Virus record (IMG/VR): IMGVR_UViG_3300034121_000706
Location: 1-53,411 of that record
From: a virus
Taxonomy: Duplodnaviria; Caudoviricetes
DNA: 53,411 bases
Direction: 5' to 3' (one strand)
A program made the translations under genes and the position numbers. Shown here in pieces: positions 1 to 10,171 of this stretch (position 1 is its first letter; the number at the start of each line of letters is the position of its first letter). The notes below the pieces were generated by a model. It had not been told where the DNA came from. It saw nothing but the letters and a program-made list of their open reading frames with translations, and did not search any database.

Positions 1-474
1 AATAGTTCCCTTTTTTAACATTGAACCATTATCTAAAATAATAGCATCACCATTTGATATACTGATATTAAAACCGCCTGTTGTATTTCCGTTTGTAAGT
101 GTTTGTTGCAAATCTTGCGAACCGCCCCCACCGCCCGAACTATCTATAATAGCATATCGAATACCATTAATCTTAAATACTAAGCTATCTAAATTTCTGT
201 AAAGTGTATCTACTTTGCGGATTGAACGAACCGCAGTAATTGAATCATTTAAAGCACTTTGTGTTACACCTGAACCTGAAAACGTCTGCCATGTTGCACG
301 ACCGTTTGCATCCGAAGTTAATACCTTACCATTGGATGCGCCTTTGATTAGGTAGATTGCCGAATCAAAACGCACACCCTTTGCAAACCATGTCGAATCT
401 CTAAACTTATTTACTATCTGCGACTGTGCAGACAATGAAAATAATAATAATAATATTGTTATCGCTTTTTTCAT
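1..474 (-). CDS. Putative fibre/adhesin protein with N-terminal signal peptide (runs off window)
   Basis: Hand-translated: MKKAITILLLLFSLSAQSQIVNKFRD...GKVLTSDANGRATWQ...; the GKVLTSDANG-x-ATW motif is typical of trimeric fibre proteins. Confidence 0.75.
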   Translation of the reverse strand, partial: MKKAITILLLLFSLSAQSQIVNKFRDSTWFAKGVRFDSAIYLIKGASNGKVLTSDANGRATWQTFSGSGVTQSALNDSITAVRSIRKVDTLYRNLDSLVFKINGIRYAIIDSSGGGGGSQDLQQTLTNGNTTGGFNISISNGDAIILDNGSMLKKGTI

Positions 475-477
475 TAT

Positions 478-840
478 TTATATATAAATAAACTGTAAAA
501 TAGTTCCTGTATCAATAGACGATATAAACGTCACCGTGCCTGTTGTTGCATTTAATGAATAATCGGTTGGTATTCTTATTGAATTATCTGTAAATACCAT
601 TACAAGTGCTTTGCCTATTAGTAAATTGTCCTGTATCGTTGTAGTTCCTGTTGCAGTTTTAGTTAGATTTTTTACTTCACCAACCAAAACTGTATTTGTT
701 ACTGGTGCTGATCCAAGCGGATTTGATGGTGTTCCATTACCACTAATAGTACCATCAGTGAAAACCATGCTCAACCCCCTGTAAACCTCTACATTCACAA
801 CAACCGGTTCGCTTCTTATTTCTACTATAACTTCACCCAT
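478..840 (-). CDS. Small beta-rich virion/tail-associated protein
   Basis: ORF in structural operon; DGTISGNGT..NPL and DYSLNATTGTVTF motifs common in fibre-associated proteins. Confidence 0.6.
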   Translation of the reverse strand: MGEVIVEIRSEPVVVNVEVYRGLSMVFTDGTISGNGTPSNPLGSAPVTNTVLVGEVKNLTKTATGTTTIQDNLLIGKALVMVFTDNSIRIPTDYSLNATTGTVTFISSIDTGTILQFIYI

Positions 841-1139
841 ATAATATCGTCTATTTTAAAGGTGAAGCCATCTGCTAAAACAACCGTTATTACAACTCTC
901 CATTGACCTACTTCCCAATCTATCAATGCATCAACTAATAGCGAAAACTGATTTGCCGTTGGTGGCGTTATTCCATTTCCAACAGTAAATGGTTTATCTA
1001 CACCATCGTAACTTGCTACTGCTGTAATAGTAGCGGTAGAAATAGGCATGGGTGTTCCGTCTGCATAACTACATACATAAGTTTGACCTATAAATGTTGT
1101 ACCCTGTCTGTGTTCTACCATAATAATCTGATGTATCAA
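825..1139 (-). CDS. Hypothetical tail-associated protein (BppU-N-like fold possible)
   Basis: Beta-rich 104 aa with RQGTTF start motif; coupled to the next gene. Confidence 0.5.
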   Translation of the reverse strand: MIHQIIMVEHRQGTTFIGQTYVCSYADGTPMPISTATITAVASYDGVDKPFTVGNGITPPTANQFSLLVDALIDWEVGQWRVVITVVLADGFTFKIDDIIWVKL

Positions 1140-1154
1140 AAATAAACCTTATTA

Positions 1155-1182
1155 AATATCTGTAAGCTAACTTTTGAGTTAC
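1155..1182 (-). promoter_or_regulatory. Conserved 28-bp motif, candidate late promoter (copy 1)
   Basis: aatatctgtaagctaacttttgagttac matches 14451-14478 at 23/28; both lie just upstream of minus-strand structural genes. Confidence 0.55.
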
Positions 1183-1211
1183 AGAAGGCTTTAGTTGACT
1201 ATTTTTACAGC

Positions 1212-4200
1212 ATGGGTACTATTAAACAGAAGAATACTTTTGAAGGTGGATTAAATAAAGACACCACCCCTGAATCCATAAAAAATAATGAACTTATTGA
1301 TGCAGTTAATATGGATATTATCGGTGACGGTAAGTATTCAAAACTGCAAAATATTAAAGGCACAACTAAGGTTATTGATTATCTGCCAACAGGATATGAT
1401 ATAGCAACACTAAATGTACTCGGTGTATATGAGGTATATGTCAATTATGACTACAATTGTGATGCTGTATTCGAGAAAAAGCACGTTTCCTTAATCATTT
1501 TCTCATACGATGCAAATTCAGGTAGTGTTATTACATTGGTTGACCTTATAGATAATGCAAGACACCAACTTTACCCAAATACGACAGACGGCACAACACT
1601 TGATTTTCCACCACTCGGCACGTTAGATGCTTCCTACACAGAGGAACGTGGCACACCGCAGATATATTGGGATGATTTTAAAAACGTATTAAGAAGCCTT
1701 AATTTAAACGTATCGTGTAGTCCTACACTGCCACCACCGTCAATACGTGAACTTGAAGTGCGTAAACGGTATGCAGGTGGACAGCCAAATCTTGTTGCGA
1801 TAGAAGATGATGGCGTAGTACTATCCGGCACATATCAGTTTGCATTCAGATTTTATAATACCATTTCGGGTAACAGTTCTGATATATCCTTATTCTGTAA
1901 TCCAATATCAGTAGCAAAATCAGATTGTACTACTGTAAATTACGATGAACAATTAGGTGGTGAACTCGGTGAGATAATCAATAAAAAGATTGTATTGTCG
2001 GTTGACCTGACATCGGAAGCGCAATACTACGATGCAATACAGTTATACGTTATAAAGAATACCGATGGATTGCCGATACCATCAAATATTGTGTACCAAA
2101 CCGCACCAAAGAAGGATTGGTACGATAATCCTGACCGTATTATATATTCCAATCTTGGTATTGTGGAAACAACTATACCAGTTGAGAACGTGGTTACGGA
2201 AGATGCAGGAATTATGTGTGCGAAGACGCAGGTAATTAAGGATAACAGACTGTTTCGTGGCAATATCAGATATTATGACCGAACCAACGACAGAGGTGGT
2301 TCTACCATAGAAAATGCATACACAATAAAACGTGATGCTGATTTTAAATGTGGTGAAGAAAGCAACCGGCACAAAGGTTATTTCCGCAAAGAAGTATATC
2401 CTTTTGGTGTAGCCTACCACGATGAGTATATGAATTTTGGAAACGTAGAACCATTTGACTTTTCAGGTTTCTTTAAACAGAACACTCGCAGGACAACACC
2501 GTGTAACGGATATTCACACCCGACACCTACAACTTGGGTTGTGGTAATTGCCGATACTTCCGACCTGGCAATCGGTGATAGCGTATCATTCAACTCGAAT
2601 ATTGCACAGATTATCGGCATAACACCTACCACTATAACGATTAACGATGATATTGCCATTACATTAGGTGCTTCATTGAATATCCTGTACTCACAGAAAG
2701 GGAATCAAACTATGGATTGGGCGTGGAAATTCCCTGACCGTTCCGATAATCAGTTTGTATTAATGTCTGATGATGATAAACCGCAGTCAATAGGGTTACA
2801 TATAAAAGGAATTAAGAACCACCCTACTTGGGCGAAAGGCTTTGCTATTGTACGCCAAAAGCGTGTAAAGAATATACTATATCAATCACCGCATATACCA
2901 ACAGTCGGGGTTATGGGTGTGCCAACGCAGGGTATCGGTGCGATAAAGATTGATAAGAATACCAAAAAGATTACCGATGATGCGGATGCAGACTATAAAA
3001 AAGAGTTTGACTGCATACTGCCGAAAGTATTTGGTATGGGTATGGCTAAAAATATACCACGTTATCAGCTTAATTTCTACAATGATGCGGTAATGAAAAA
3101 ACGTGCTGAATGGTACGCTGCGTTCTACTCTTATTATCAAAATCACAATAAAGCCTACTCTAATACGCAAGATGCGGTAGGTTACGGTGCTGAAATACCT
3201 AATTACTGCTTAGTATATAATCCTGACTATATATTTAACAAATCAGGTAATCCAACATTCTACGATACCTTATCCGGTAACAACGAACTTGTAGTGGTAG
3301 ATGCAATCGCTTACAGGCGCAAGATTGTACACGAAGAAGATAACAAACTCAATATCAGCAATGCATATCAGGCGTTAAAACGTGAAAACTACTTTTATAA
3401 TTCAGGTGGCTATATTCAGTACCTATCAGGATTGAAGCAATATTTCACCAAATTACAGGATATTGATACCGATATTACCGATAATAAAATCATCAAAGAT
3501 TACCTATTGGTGTTAAATGGAGTTGAGCAATTCTTAACCAACAAGCCATTTAGTTCTGACGTATTCTATGATATTGACTATTGGGGTTACTTAGAAAAAC
3601 TATCCAATCAACAAGGTACATCAAATGCAATACCCGATACAACATCACAAGACCAATTCATAAACTCCGCAGCCAATCAGCGTTCTATACTGCTAAATAC
3701 AGATAAGAAACTGATTGACTTCACGTACTGGATATATGAGAAGTATTTTAACCAAAGCGTTAATCTATTCCCTTTTATCACGGCTTATACAGATAAAATA
3801 TACACTACATCACATTTAAACCGTACCGTAGGGGATATTAGAGATAAAGGTATTCGTGATATTGAAAACGATACAAGAGAACTGCCGGTACGAAACATAT
3901 TTATTGATGATGGACAAATCGCAGGTGGTTGTTACATAGTAAATAACGAAAGAGGATTATCGGACAGTCGCTATTCCAAAGTGTCAAACGAGTGGGTATT
4001 CACAGGCACATACGTTGCTTTGTCTGAATCAGACATTCTAAACAACACGCCAATAGATGTTGATATTTGGGGTGGTGACTGTTTTGTTTCTAAGTATTCC
4101 GTGAAAATTAATAACAACACCCAAAGGGTAAGTGATGTTTACACGAATATCCACGCAGAAGCAGATGATTACGACAGCAAGGGCACAATTCCCGATCCAT

Positions 4201-5558
4201 TGCAGTTTATGAAGAACACAAAGACAGGCTCATTTAAAGCAAATGTTGAGTTCCTAGAGTTATACTTGGAATCTGAAACGAATACTAATTACCATCAGGA
4301 GAAGAACGAGTACCCTGCATATAAAGGAAATCAGATAGCAAACTATTCTAATCCATATTTCTATCGTTACAATGGTTCGTATTCCGTAAACAATGAGAGC
4401 AAGGTATTTGTATCTAAGGATTTAGAAACGTTTACAGTAAACAAAACTTACTTTCCTGCACGTATAGTGTATAGCGACCAAAGGTTATACCAAGCAGACG
4501 GTAGTGGATTTATTGATACAGATGGATTTTCACGATTCGCAGTTCTAAACCGTAAAGATGAAGATGAGCAGTATGGACAGATAATAAAACTGATTGACTT
4601 TGGTGGTAACAATCTGTACGCTATTCAGGAACGCAAAGTTAAGGCAGAGCCAATCGGTATTGATATGGTACAACAAGGCGACAACCGTTCACTTGTATTA
4701 GGTACTGCATCTGTAATTGGTAATGGCGGTTACTACTTAGGTTTCAATAATGGAAGTCAACATATCCGTTCTGTAAAATCCCATAATGGGAACTGCTACT
4801 TTGTGGATGCAAAGAAGCAACAGGTTATCTCATTCGCTGACGGTGGGTTTGAGTTTGTTTCAGAACAGAACATGATTACATACTTCAAGAACCTACTGTT
4901 TAACGATACACAGATACGTGAGATTGATTTAAGTGGCTATATTGATGCCACACAGGACAATATGGAGTATATTATCAGTAAAAGGGTACATAGTTCCATT
5001 GCACAAGATATTGTTGTATTTAACGCTAAAAACAAGAAGTTTAAAACCCGTATCAATATTGGGAACGATATAATACTCAATGGTGTCTATGCAGGTCAAC
5101 AGTTATACCTACTTAACAAAGGAAGTGTTTATACCGCTTACACAAATAACCAACGTGGATTATGGTTTGGAACATACCGAAACTCATTATTCAAGTTTGT
5201 AGTTAATGATTATGCAGGGTTTGTAAAGATATTCAATGTATTCAACTTTGAAATGAAAGGTGGTTTCCTTGTAAATAAAGACAGAGGTAGTGCTACCGTT
5301 CCGAGTATTACTCCCGATTATCCTAATCAGGAAGCTGATTTATTAATACACGATACAAACAGTATTGCACCGCCACCATTCCAAATGCGTAACTATCAGT
5401 TTTGGTTAAACCGTATTCGTAACAAACAAGACAGAAGCAAGTTGCGTGGTGACTATATGGAAGTTGAGTTTGTGATTGCTAATGATGCAACAGATAACCG
5501 TGAAGTGGAGATAATGTCAATCAGTACAGATTGTGAAACGAGTTATAGAAATCGTTAA
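1212..5558 (+). CDS. crAss-like tail muzzle / stabilization protein
   Basis: N-terminus NTFEGGLNKD...IDAVNMDI, YQFAFRFY, YFRKEVYPFGVAY, WGGDCFV and C-terminal KLRGDYM resemble crAss muzzle/P22 gp10-like nozzle proteins; adjacent to ring genes. Confidence 0.8.
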   Translation: MGTIKQKNTFEGGLNKDTTPESIKNNELIDAVNMDIIGDGKYSKLQNIKGTTKVIDYLPTGYDIATLNVLGVYEVYVNYDYNCDAVFEKKHVSLIIFSYDANSGSVITLVDLIDNARHQLYPNTTDGTTLDFPPLGTLDASYTEERGTPQIYWDDFKNVLRSLNLNVSCSPTLPPPSIRELEVRKRYAGGQPNLVAIEDDGVVLSGTYQFAFRFYNTISGNSSDISLFCNPISVAKSDCTTVNYDEQLGGELGEIINKKIVLSVDLTSEAQYYDAIQLYVIKNTDGLPIPSNIVYQTAPKKDWYDNPDRIIYSNLGIVETTIPVENVVTEDAGIMCAKTQVIKDNRLFRGNIRYYDRTNDRGGSTIENAYTIKRDADFKCGEESNRHKGYFRKEVYPFGVAYHDEYMNFGNVEPFDFSGFFKQNTRRTTPCNGYSHPTPTTWVVVIADTSDLAIGDSVSFNSNIAQIIGITPTTITINDDIAITLGASLNILYSQKGNQTMDWAWKFPDRSDNQFVLMSDDDKPQSIGLHIKGIKNHPTWAKGFAIVRQKRVKNILYQSPHIPTVGVMGVPTQGIGAIKIDKNTKKITDDADADYKKEFDCILPKVFGMGMAKNIPRYQLNFYNDAVMKKRAEWYAAFYSYYQNHNKAYSNTQDAVGYGAEIPNYCLVYNPDYIFNKSGNPTFYDTLSGNNELVVVDAIAYRRKIVHEEDNKLNISNAYQALKRENYFYNSGGYIQYLSGLKQYFTKLQDIDTDITDNKIIKDYLLVLNGVEQFLTNKPFSSDVFYDIDYWGYLEKLSNQQGTSNAIPDTTSQDQFINSAANQRSILLNTDKKLIDFTYWIYEKYFNQSVNLFPFITAYTDKIYTTSHLNRTVGDIRDKGIRDIENDTRELPVRNIFIDDGQIAGGCYIVNNERGLSDSRYSKVSNEWVFTGTYVALSESDILNNTPIDVDIWGGDCFVSKYSVKINNNTQRVSDVYTNIHAEADDYDSKGTIPDPLQFMKNTKTGSFKANVEFLELYLESETNTNYHQEKNEYPAYKGNQIANYSNPYFYRYNGSYSVNNESKVFVSKDLETFTVNKTYFPARIVYSDQRLYQADGSGFIDTDGFSRFAVLNRKDEDEQYGQIIKLIDFGGNNLYAIQERKVKAEPIGIDMVQQGDNRSLVLGTASVIGNGGYYLGFNNGSQHIRSVKSHNGNCYFVDAKKQQVISFADGGFEFVSEQNMITYFKNLLFNDTQIREIDLSGYIDATQDNMEYIISKRVHSSIAQDIVVFNAKNKKFKTRINIGNDIILNGVYAGQQLYLLNKGSVYTAYTNNQRGLWFGTYRNSLFKFVVNDYAGFVKIFNVFNFEMKGGFLVNKDRGSATVPSITPDYPNQEADLLIHDTNSIAPPPFQMRNYQFWLNRIRNKQDRSKLRGDYMEVEFVIANDATDNREVEIMSISTDCETSYRNR

Positions 5559-6229
5559 TACAGCCGATTAACAAACATAGCAGGTGAGAATCCTGCATTA
5601 AGCCACGTTACACCCAATTTCTTTAATTCCAATGTATTTGGCATCATAATATTTCCGTATGCCTGGTCTGCAAGTTTAGTCCATAACTGATACTCGTATT
5701 GTACTTCGCTTTGTGGTGTACTATCCTTGAACTTATTGCGTTGTGTAGATTTGGTTTTCCAAATAATATACTGCTTGATTGCTCTACCTGCCTTGCCATC
5801 AACTAATGGTGTACCACACTCACCTAATGGCTGTCCGATATACTTCATTTTGGCTAATGTATATTGCTTACCGTTACTGCTGATATTGATATGTGTTGCA
5901 TTTTCACCTACCGTAACCTCGCAGGTTGACGTACAATTTTCACAGCAACTGCAACTCTCTGTATCGCTATCCATGTGCGGTTTAACACACGCACCGGCAT
6001 CGGTTTTTAATGTAATACTCAACGGTGCTACAAAATCCTTTGGTTTGCGGAACTGTAAATCATCAATAGGCAACCATTCTGTTTCTACTGCAAATAGCTT
6101 ACTGCCACCGATTGCTCTCATGGCTTCCTTACTCCATGTCAGCATAATAGGTAACATACTTTCATCCGGCAATGCTAATTCAACCATTACCTCTGCAATT
6201 AATTGTCGGGTACTAAGTTGGTATGCCAT
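5555..6229 (-). CDS. Tail ring/adaptor protein (crAss-like)
   Basis: ~220 aa; WSKEAMRAIG, Y.GQPL..CGTPLV, AIKQYIIWK and W...ADQA pattern of crAss ring proteins; synteny. Confidence 0.7.
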   Translation of the reverse strand: MAYQLSTRQLIAEVMVELALPDESMLPIMLTWSKEAMRAIGGSKLFAVETEWLPIDDLQFRKPKDFVAPLSITLKTDAGACVKPHMDSDTESCSCCENCTSTCEVTVGENATHINISSNGKQYTLAKMKYIGQPLGECGTPLVDGKAGRAIKQYIIWKTKSTQRNKFKDSTPQSEVQYEYQLWTKLADQAYGNIMMPNTLELKKLGVTWLNAGFSPAMFVNRLY

Positions 6230-6857
6230 CGTCTTGTAAATCTATTTTGGTTTGTAATTCTCTTAATCCAATTTTCTCTGCCTGGTCTAATATGCTCGGT
6301 ATTAACTCGTCAACGATTGGGTAATTTTCCGTATCTGGCATATCCGTTGTATCACAACTCGCTATATACGCAGTCAGTTTACAGTAACTTGGGAACACGC
6401 CATTAAACAAATAAATCTTATCTGCTACACGAACAAAGTATGCGAACTTAGATGAAAACTCTAATTTTAAATTCATGCCTAATTGTGCGATATTCGTTAC
6501 TCGCATAATTTGATTACTGCCTTGCATTAACTGTACAATACCACCGTCATTCGGTAATGCTAATATTCCTTTTGTTGTACCATCGCTATTCTGTGGTAGT
6601 TGTATGTATTGTCGTGTATTGCAATTACCAATACAAGTATCTGTTTCAGTTTGTACCAATAGACAGTCGTATGGTTTAATTATTTGTGCAGGAACTTCGC
6701 CACCGTTTCTTTTATTAATCCATTCAGACATTAATGATGCGGATGCAGTATCTAACCAAAAGCGTATCTGTTCTCTTGGAATAGCAAAATCATCACTCGG
6801 TTTAGCGTGTGACAATCGCAATTCTACATCGCTTATCATGTTGTCTATACTCGGCAT
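6213..6857 (-). CDS. Tail ring/tubular protein (crAss-like)
   Basis: SDDFAIPREQIRFWL N-terminal motif and C-terminal YPI...DLQDD typical of crAss ring proteins. Confidence 0.75.
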   Translation of the reverse strand: MPSIDNMISDVELRLSHAKPSDDFAIPREQIRFWLDTASASLMSEWINKRNGGEVPAQIIKPYDCLLVQTETDTCIGNCNTRQYIQLPQNSDGTTKGILALPNDGGIVQLMQGSNQIMRVTNIAQLGMNLKLEFSSKFAYFVRVADKIYLFNGVFPSYCKLTAYIASCDTTDMPDTENYPIVDELIPSILDQAEKIGLRELQTKIDLQDDGIPT

Positions 6858-7537
6858 TACTGTTTATTTTCCTGTGCCATTGCAGCTTCATTTAACTGCA
6901 CTTCACGTATTTTAATTGCATAATATTGTTCCATTCTTACCAACACATCATTTATAGCAGAATCACCCAAATCAGGATTAACATTATTCGTTGGTGTAGC
7001 AAGGTCTAATAATACCTTCTTTGGATAACGAGTAACCGTAAATGTAGCACTCCACGTTTGTTCGGGTAACACCTGAACGTAACCATCGTAACCTAACCAT
7101 ATAGGTCTGTTCACCTTTGGCTTTGTAAAAGCATTGCCTATTATCTGTGCGTAATCATTGTGCCGTACATAACGTGCTTTCCTTTTGGTGGCATCACTTT
7201 CATCCGATACAAGTGGTGTATTGATATGAAATAACTTTTGACTTCCTGTTAACTGTGCTTCAATAATTGCGTCTGTAATCTTGCCCGTGTTGTCACTGCT
7301 AACTGTAACCGGCTGAATTAATGATTTCCATTTATGTAAATCAGTCTGTGACATTTCAAAGGCATACGGCAAAGTACCGTTCTCACCACGTTTATTCTTA
7401 TTATTGAATTGGTCGGATAACACCGATAGTGATGCACGGTTGAATGTTTCCGTAAACTCGAAATCTTCTATTGAAGCATCACCGTACTTGTCAATCAGCG
7501 TGTTTAAAAACCTTGTGTATGTTTCGGCTATCGTCAT
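6857..7537 (-). CDS. Tail ring/tubular protein (crAss-like)
   Basis: FNRA...FEMSQ...LI motif, FTKP and YPKKV; synteny. Confidence 0.7.
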   Translation of the reverse strand: MTIAETYTRFLNTLIDKYGDASIEDFEFTETFNRASLSVLSDQFNNKNKRGENGTLPYAFEMSQTDLHKWKSLIQPVTVSSDNTGKITDAIIEAQLTGSQKLFHINTPLVSDESDATKRKARYVRHNDYAQIIGNAFTKPKVNRPIWLGYDGYVQVLPEQTWSATFTVTRYPKKVLLDLATPTNNVNPDLGDSAINDVLVRMEQYYAIKIREVQLNEAAMAQENKQ

Positions 7538-9183
7538 TATGGCAAGTCATATTCTGTGATTGTGTATGGTACGTTTTCAAGTTCCGTTGGACACACATAA
7601 TTAGTATTTATGCCCGTAGGTATATCTATCGTAATATCAAGCAACTTTGGAATACTTGCACCATTTGTAACAAGCAACGTTATAACCAATTCTCCACCGT
7701 ATGTATTTGTTCTCGCTACTGTAAAGTTGCTGAACTTATACAAACTACTAACTACTAAATCTAATCCATTTGTAACAGATTGAAGTCCTGTAAAGACAGG
7801 TAGTGCAGGGTTTAGTATGGTAGAAACAACACCTGTGTCATTTGTCCACTTCATTGAGTAAATCTGTGGCGTTCCTATGTCGTTTGTTATAGATATAGAA
7901 TTATACACCCTCAACGATGTGCCTGATTGCATACATAAATCTATTAATCCAGTAACGTTTAGGTTGTTAGGCGAACTCGTTATACTGTTTGTTATATAAA
8001 TATATGCCGTATCGGTTTGTCCATAAATATCTGTAAGCGTATATCTTAATGTATCAATACCGTTTGACGTTGCCTGGTACTGCAAACTTGTACTTGTTAA
8101 TACGGCATTACCTTTTGATGCACCACGTATAAGTCCACTCGCAAACACCGTATATGGTATAACATCATTTGAACCTACATTAAATGTTTGTGAAGCAGAA
8201 CTTGAAACACTATAAATATCATCATTCGCAACTAAGGCAGACAATGAAAATATAGGCACACTGGATGTCAATGTACTATCTTGCGTTCCACAGTATTTAT
8301 TTGATGCACATTTTTCTTTCCAAAATCTTGCTGTAATTTTTATGCTTCTTGCACCCTGAATATATCCATAAGGAATAGTCCATGATGTAACCGCACCTAA
8401 TGTTGAAGTTCCGCTTATTAATCCGTTTGCCATTACTGCACCCGTGCTATCGTATAACGTATATATGTACTCAATTTTTGTAAGACACATATCTGCCGGT
8501 ACTGCACCTATGCTATATGATGTAGCACTAACCGTTGTCGTTCCCGCCATACTCCCTATTGAATTGGTAGCGTATAATCTCCATACCTTACAGCTATCTA
8601 CCGTTGGATTGGTTGTTAAACAGGCAATATCAATCAGCTTATTCATTATACTATCAAAGTTTCTCGGAACACCTAAACAACTTATATCTAAATTCCTAAC
8701 AATTTTAGATTTTACACTATCAATATCTACCGACAAATTAAACTGCAAAGATGCACCTACTATCTGTGATATAATGTTTACAGAACTATCAGAACTTATT
8801 ATAGATGTATTGTATGTAGATTCAAACTCTGTGGTTATATCTTCAATAGCATTCATTAAACTATCAATTCTATTAATAAGAGCCGTATCGCTACCAACAA
8901 GGCTATCTATTCTTGTTCTGTGTGCGCACAATGCATTATTGATACCTCTAAGGTGTCCGTTTAATGTAGCTGCGGTTGGTGAGTAACAAGTAGGTGTAGT
9001 GCCGTCAAAATGGTCTACCTCGCTTGTGTAACCGTTAAATCCTTGCTGTGGTGATGAGATACTACTCGGTGCTGTTAACCCTTTAGGACACGTAGGACAG
9101 TTAACCTGTCCATACGCATCCACAACAGCAAAAAGGGAAATCATTAGGACTATTAATCCTGTATTCTTAAATTTATTAAACAT
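7537..9183 (-). CDS. Cys-rich fibre/surface protein with signal peptide and cadherin/Ig-like domain
   Basis: Hydrophobic N-terminus ending AYG|Q; coiled segments; ANDDIYSV..NVGSND..DTLRYTLTD..G.TDTA Ig-like motif. Confidence 0.7.
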   Translation of the reverse strand: MFNKFKNTGLIVLMISLFAVVDAYGQVNCPTCPKGLTAPSSISSPQQGFNGYTSEVDHFDGTTPTCYSPTAATLNGHLRGINNALCAHRTRIDSLVGSDTALINRIDSLMNAIEDITTEFESTYNTSIISSDSSVNIISQIVGASLQFNLSVDIDSVKSKIVRNLDISCLGVPRNFDSIMNKLIDIACLTTNPTVDSCKVWRLYATNSIGSMAGTTTVSATSYSIGAVPADMCLTKIEYIYTLYDSTGAVMANGLISGTSTLGAVTSWTIPYGYIQGARSIKITARFWKEKCASNKYCGTQDSTLTSSVPIFSLSALVANDDIYSVSSSASQTFNVGSNDVIPYTVFASGLIRGASKGNAVLTSTSLQYQATSNGIDTLRYTLTDIYGQTDTAYIYITNSITSSPNNLNVTGLIDLCMQSGTSLRVYNSISITNDIGTPQIYSMKWTNDTGVVSTILNPALPVFTGLQSVTNGLDLVVSSLYKFSNFTVARTNTYGGELVITLLVTNGASIPKLLDITIDIPTGINTNYVCPTELENVPYTITEYDLP

Positions 9184-9404
9184 TGTAGTCGTCTATAAAG
9201 GTTATCAATTTGTATTTCCGTTATGTATGTTCCTGCCGATTCAATGGCGTGTTTCAATGAATATACTTTTGCAATCTTTGCGCATAATCCACAATGGCTT
9301 TTACCGCAACAAACATATTCATTCAAACACACAACACTCTCTGCAAAGAACTGGTCTGTCCATAATAATATATTGGTCTTTTCCGTTGACGTTAGCATCC
9401 ACAA
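9153..9404 (-). CDS. Small Cys-rich virion protein
   Basis: ORF filling the gap in the structural operon; start may be a few codons downstream. Confidence 0.6.
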   Translation of the reverse strand: MWMLTSTEKTNILLWTDQFFAESVVCLNEYVCCGKSHCGLCAKIAKVYSLKHAIESAGTYITEIQIDNLYRRLQCLINLRIQD

Positions 9405-9907
9405 TCAGTATTTAATCGCCCACATTCTAATCCCATTCTTTCAATCGCCATATCGGCACTTAATAAGTCATTACGTTCTACCAAAGCCTGTAATCCAATA
9501 AACTGTCCTTGCAAACAAAATAAACGTTCCCAAAATTTAGAACCCTCATATCCGCATTGTTTCTCCAATGACTTAGTTGAGTATTCCGCAAGACAGGCGC
9601 AAAATCTTTCGGTTACAATAACACCTAAAACTTTTTCATCACTTCTTTCTGCTTGACCTACTGCATTGGTTACTGTCATTAATATACTGTACCATCCATC
9701 GTGTGTAATCGGTATCAATATTTCTTCTACTGTTTGCTCATCGTATGTAACCTCAATAAGTTCACCGGTGCGCTTATCTGTAATAATAAAGTTCACCAAT
9801 GAATTTGCTCTCGTTGGATTCGCACCACCATAAACGGTAGTATCTGTAACATTGATACCTGTACCAACATTTACTATCTCGTAATCCATCAATAGTGTTA
9901 AAGCCAT
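9392..9907 (-). CDS. Putative tail hub/structural protein
   Basis: VTDTTVYG..P.R and DGWY motifs, C-terminal DCGC as seen in crAss-like structural genes. Confidence 0.6.
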   Translation of the reverse strand: MALTLLMDYEIVNVGTGINVTDTTVYGGANPTRANSLVNFIITDKRTGELIEVTYDEQTVEEILIPITHDGWYSILMTVTNAVGQAERSDEKVLGVIVTERFCACLAEYSTKSLEKQCGYEGSKFWERLFCLQGQFIGLQALVERNDLLSADMAIERMGLECGRLNTDCGC

Positions 9908-9910
9908 TTA

Positions 9911-10171
9911 TTACAGGGTGTTTTGTAGTATAAAAAATTCCATCTGTGACTGTGGCATCCGATACGTTAAAATCTCGTTCTTGTCCTTATCGAATACACG
10001 CAATCTGTCTTTCTGTTTTGCTATCTTCATCTTCATTTCGCCCTTCACAAAGTCTGCTTCGCAACAACAGGCTTTTACAAAATCCCAACCAAATAGTGTT
10101 GGATTGAAAGGTATGGTTTCGTTCCATACCTTTCCATCTTTCTTCTTCGGTATCACCAAACTACTCATCAT
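9911..10171 (-). CDS. Hypothetical protein
   Basis: Translationally coupled ORF in the structural operon. Confidence 0.55.
   Translation of the reverse strand: MMSSLVIPKKKDGKVWNETIPFNPTLFGWDFVKACCCEADFVKGEMKMKIAKQKDRLRVFDKDKNEILTYRMPQSQMEFFILQNTL

Noticed and set aside
1140-5560. Actively invertible (shufflon-like) segment around the muzzle gene
   Set aside because: No flanking inverted repeats or invertase visible; stops overlap precisely, suggesting a fixed arrangement
1-9183. Diversity-generating retroelement acting on fibres
   Set aside because: No reverse transcriptase or TR/VR pair in the window
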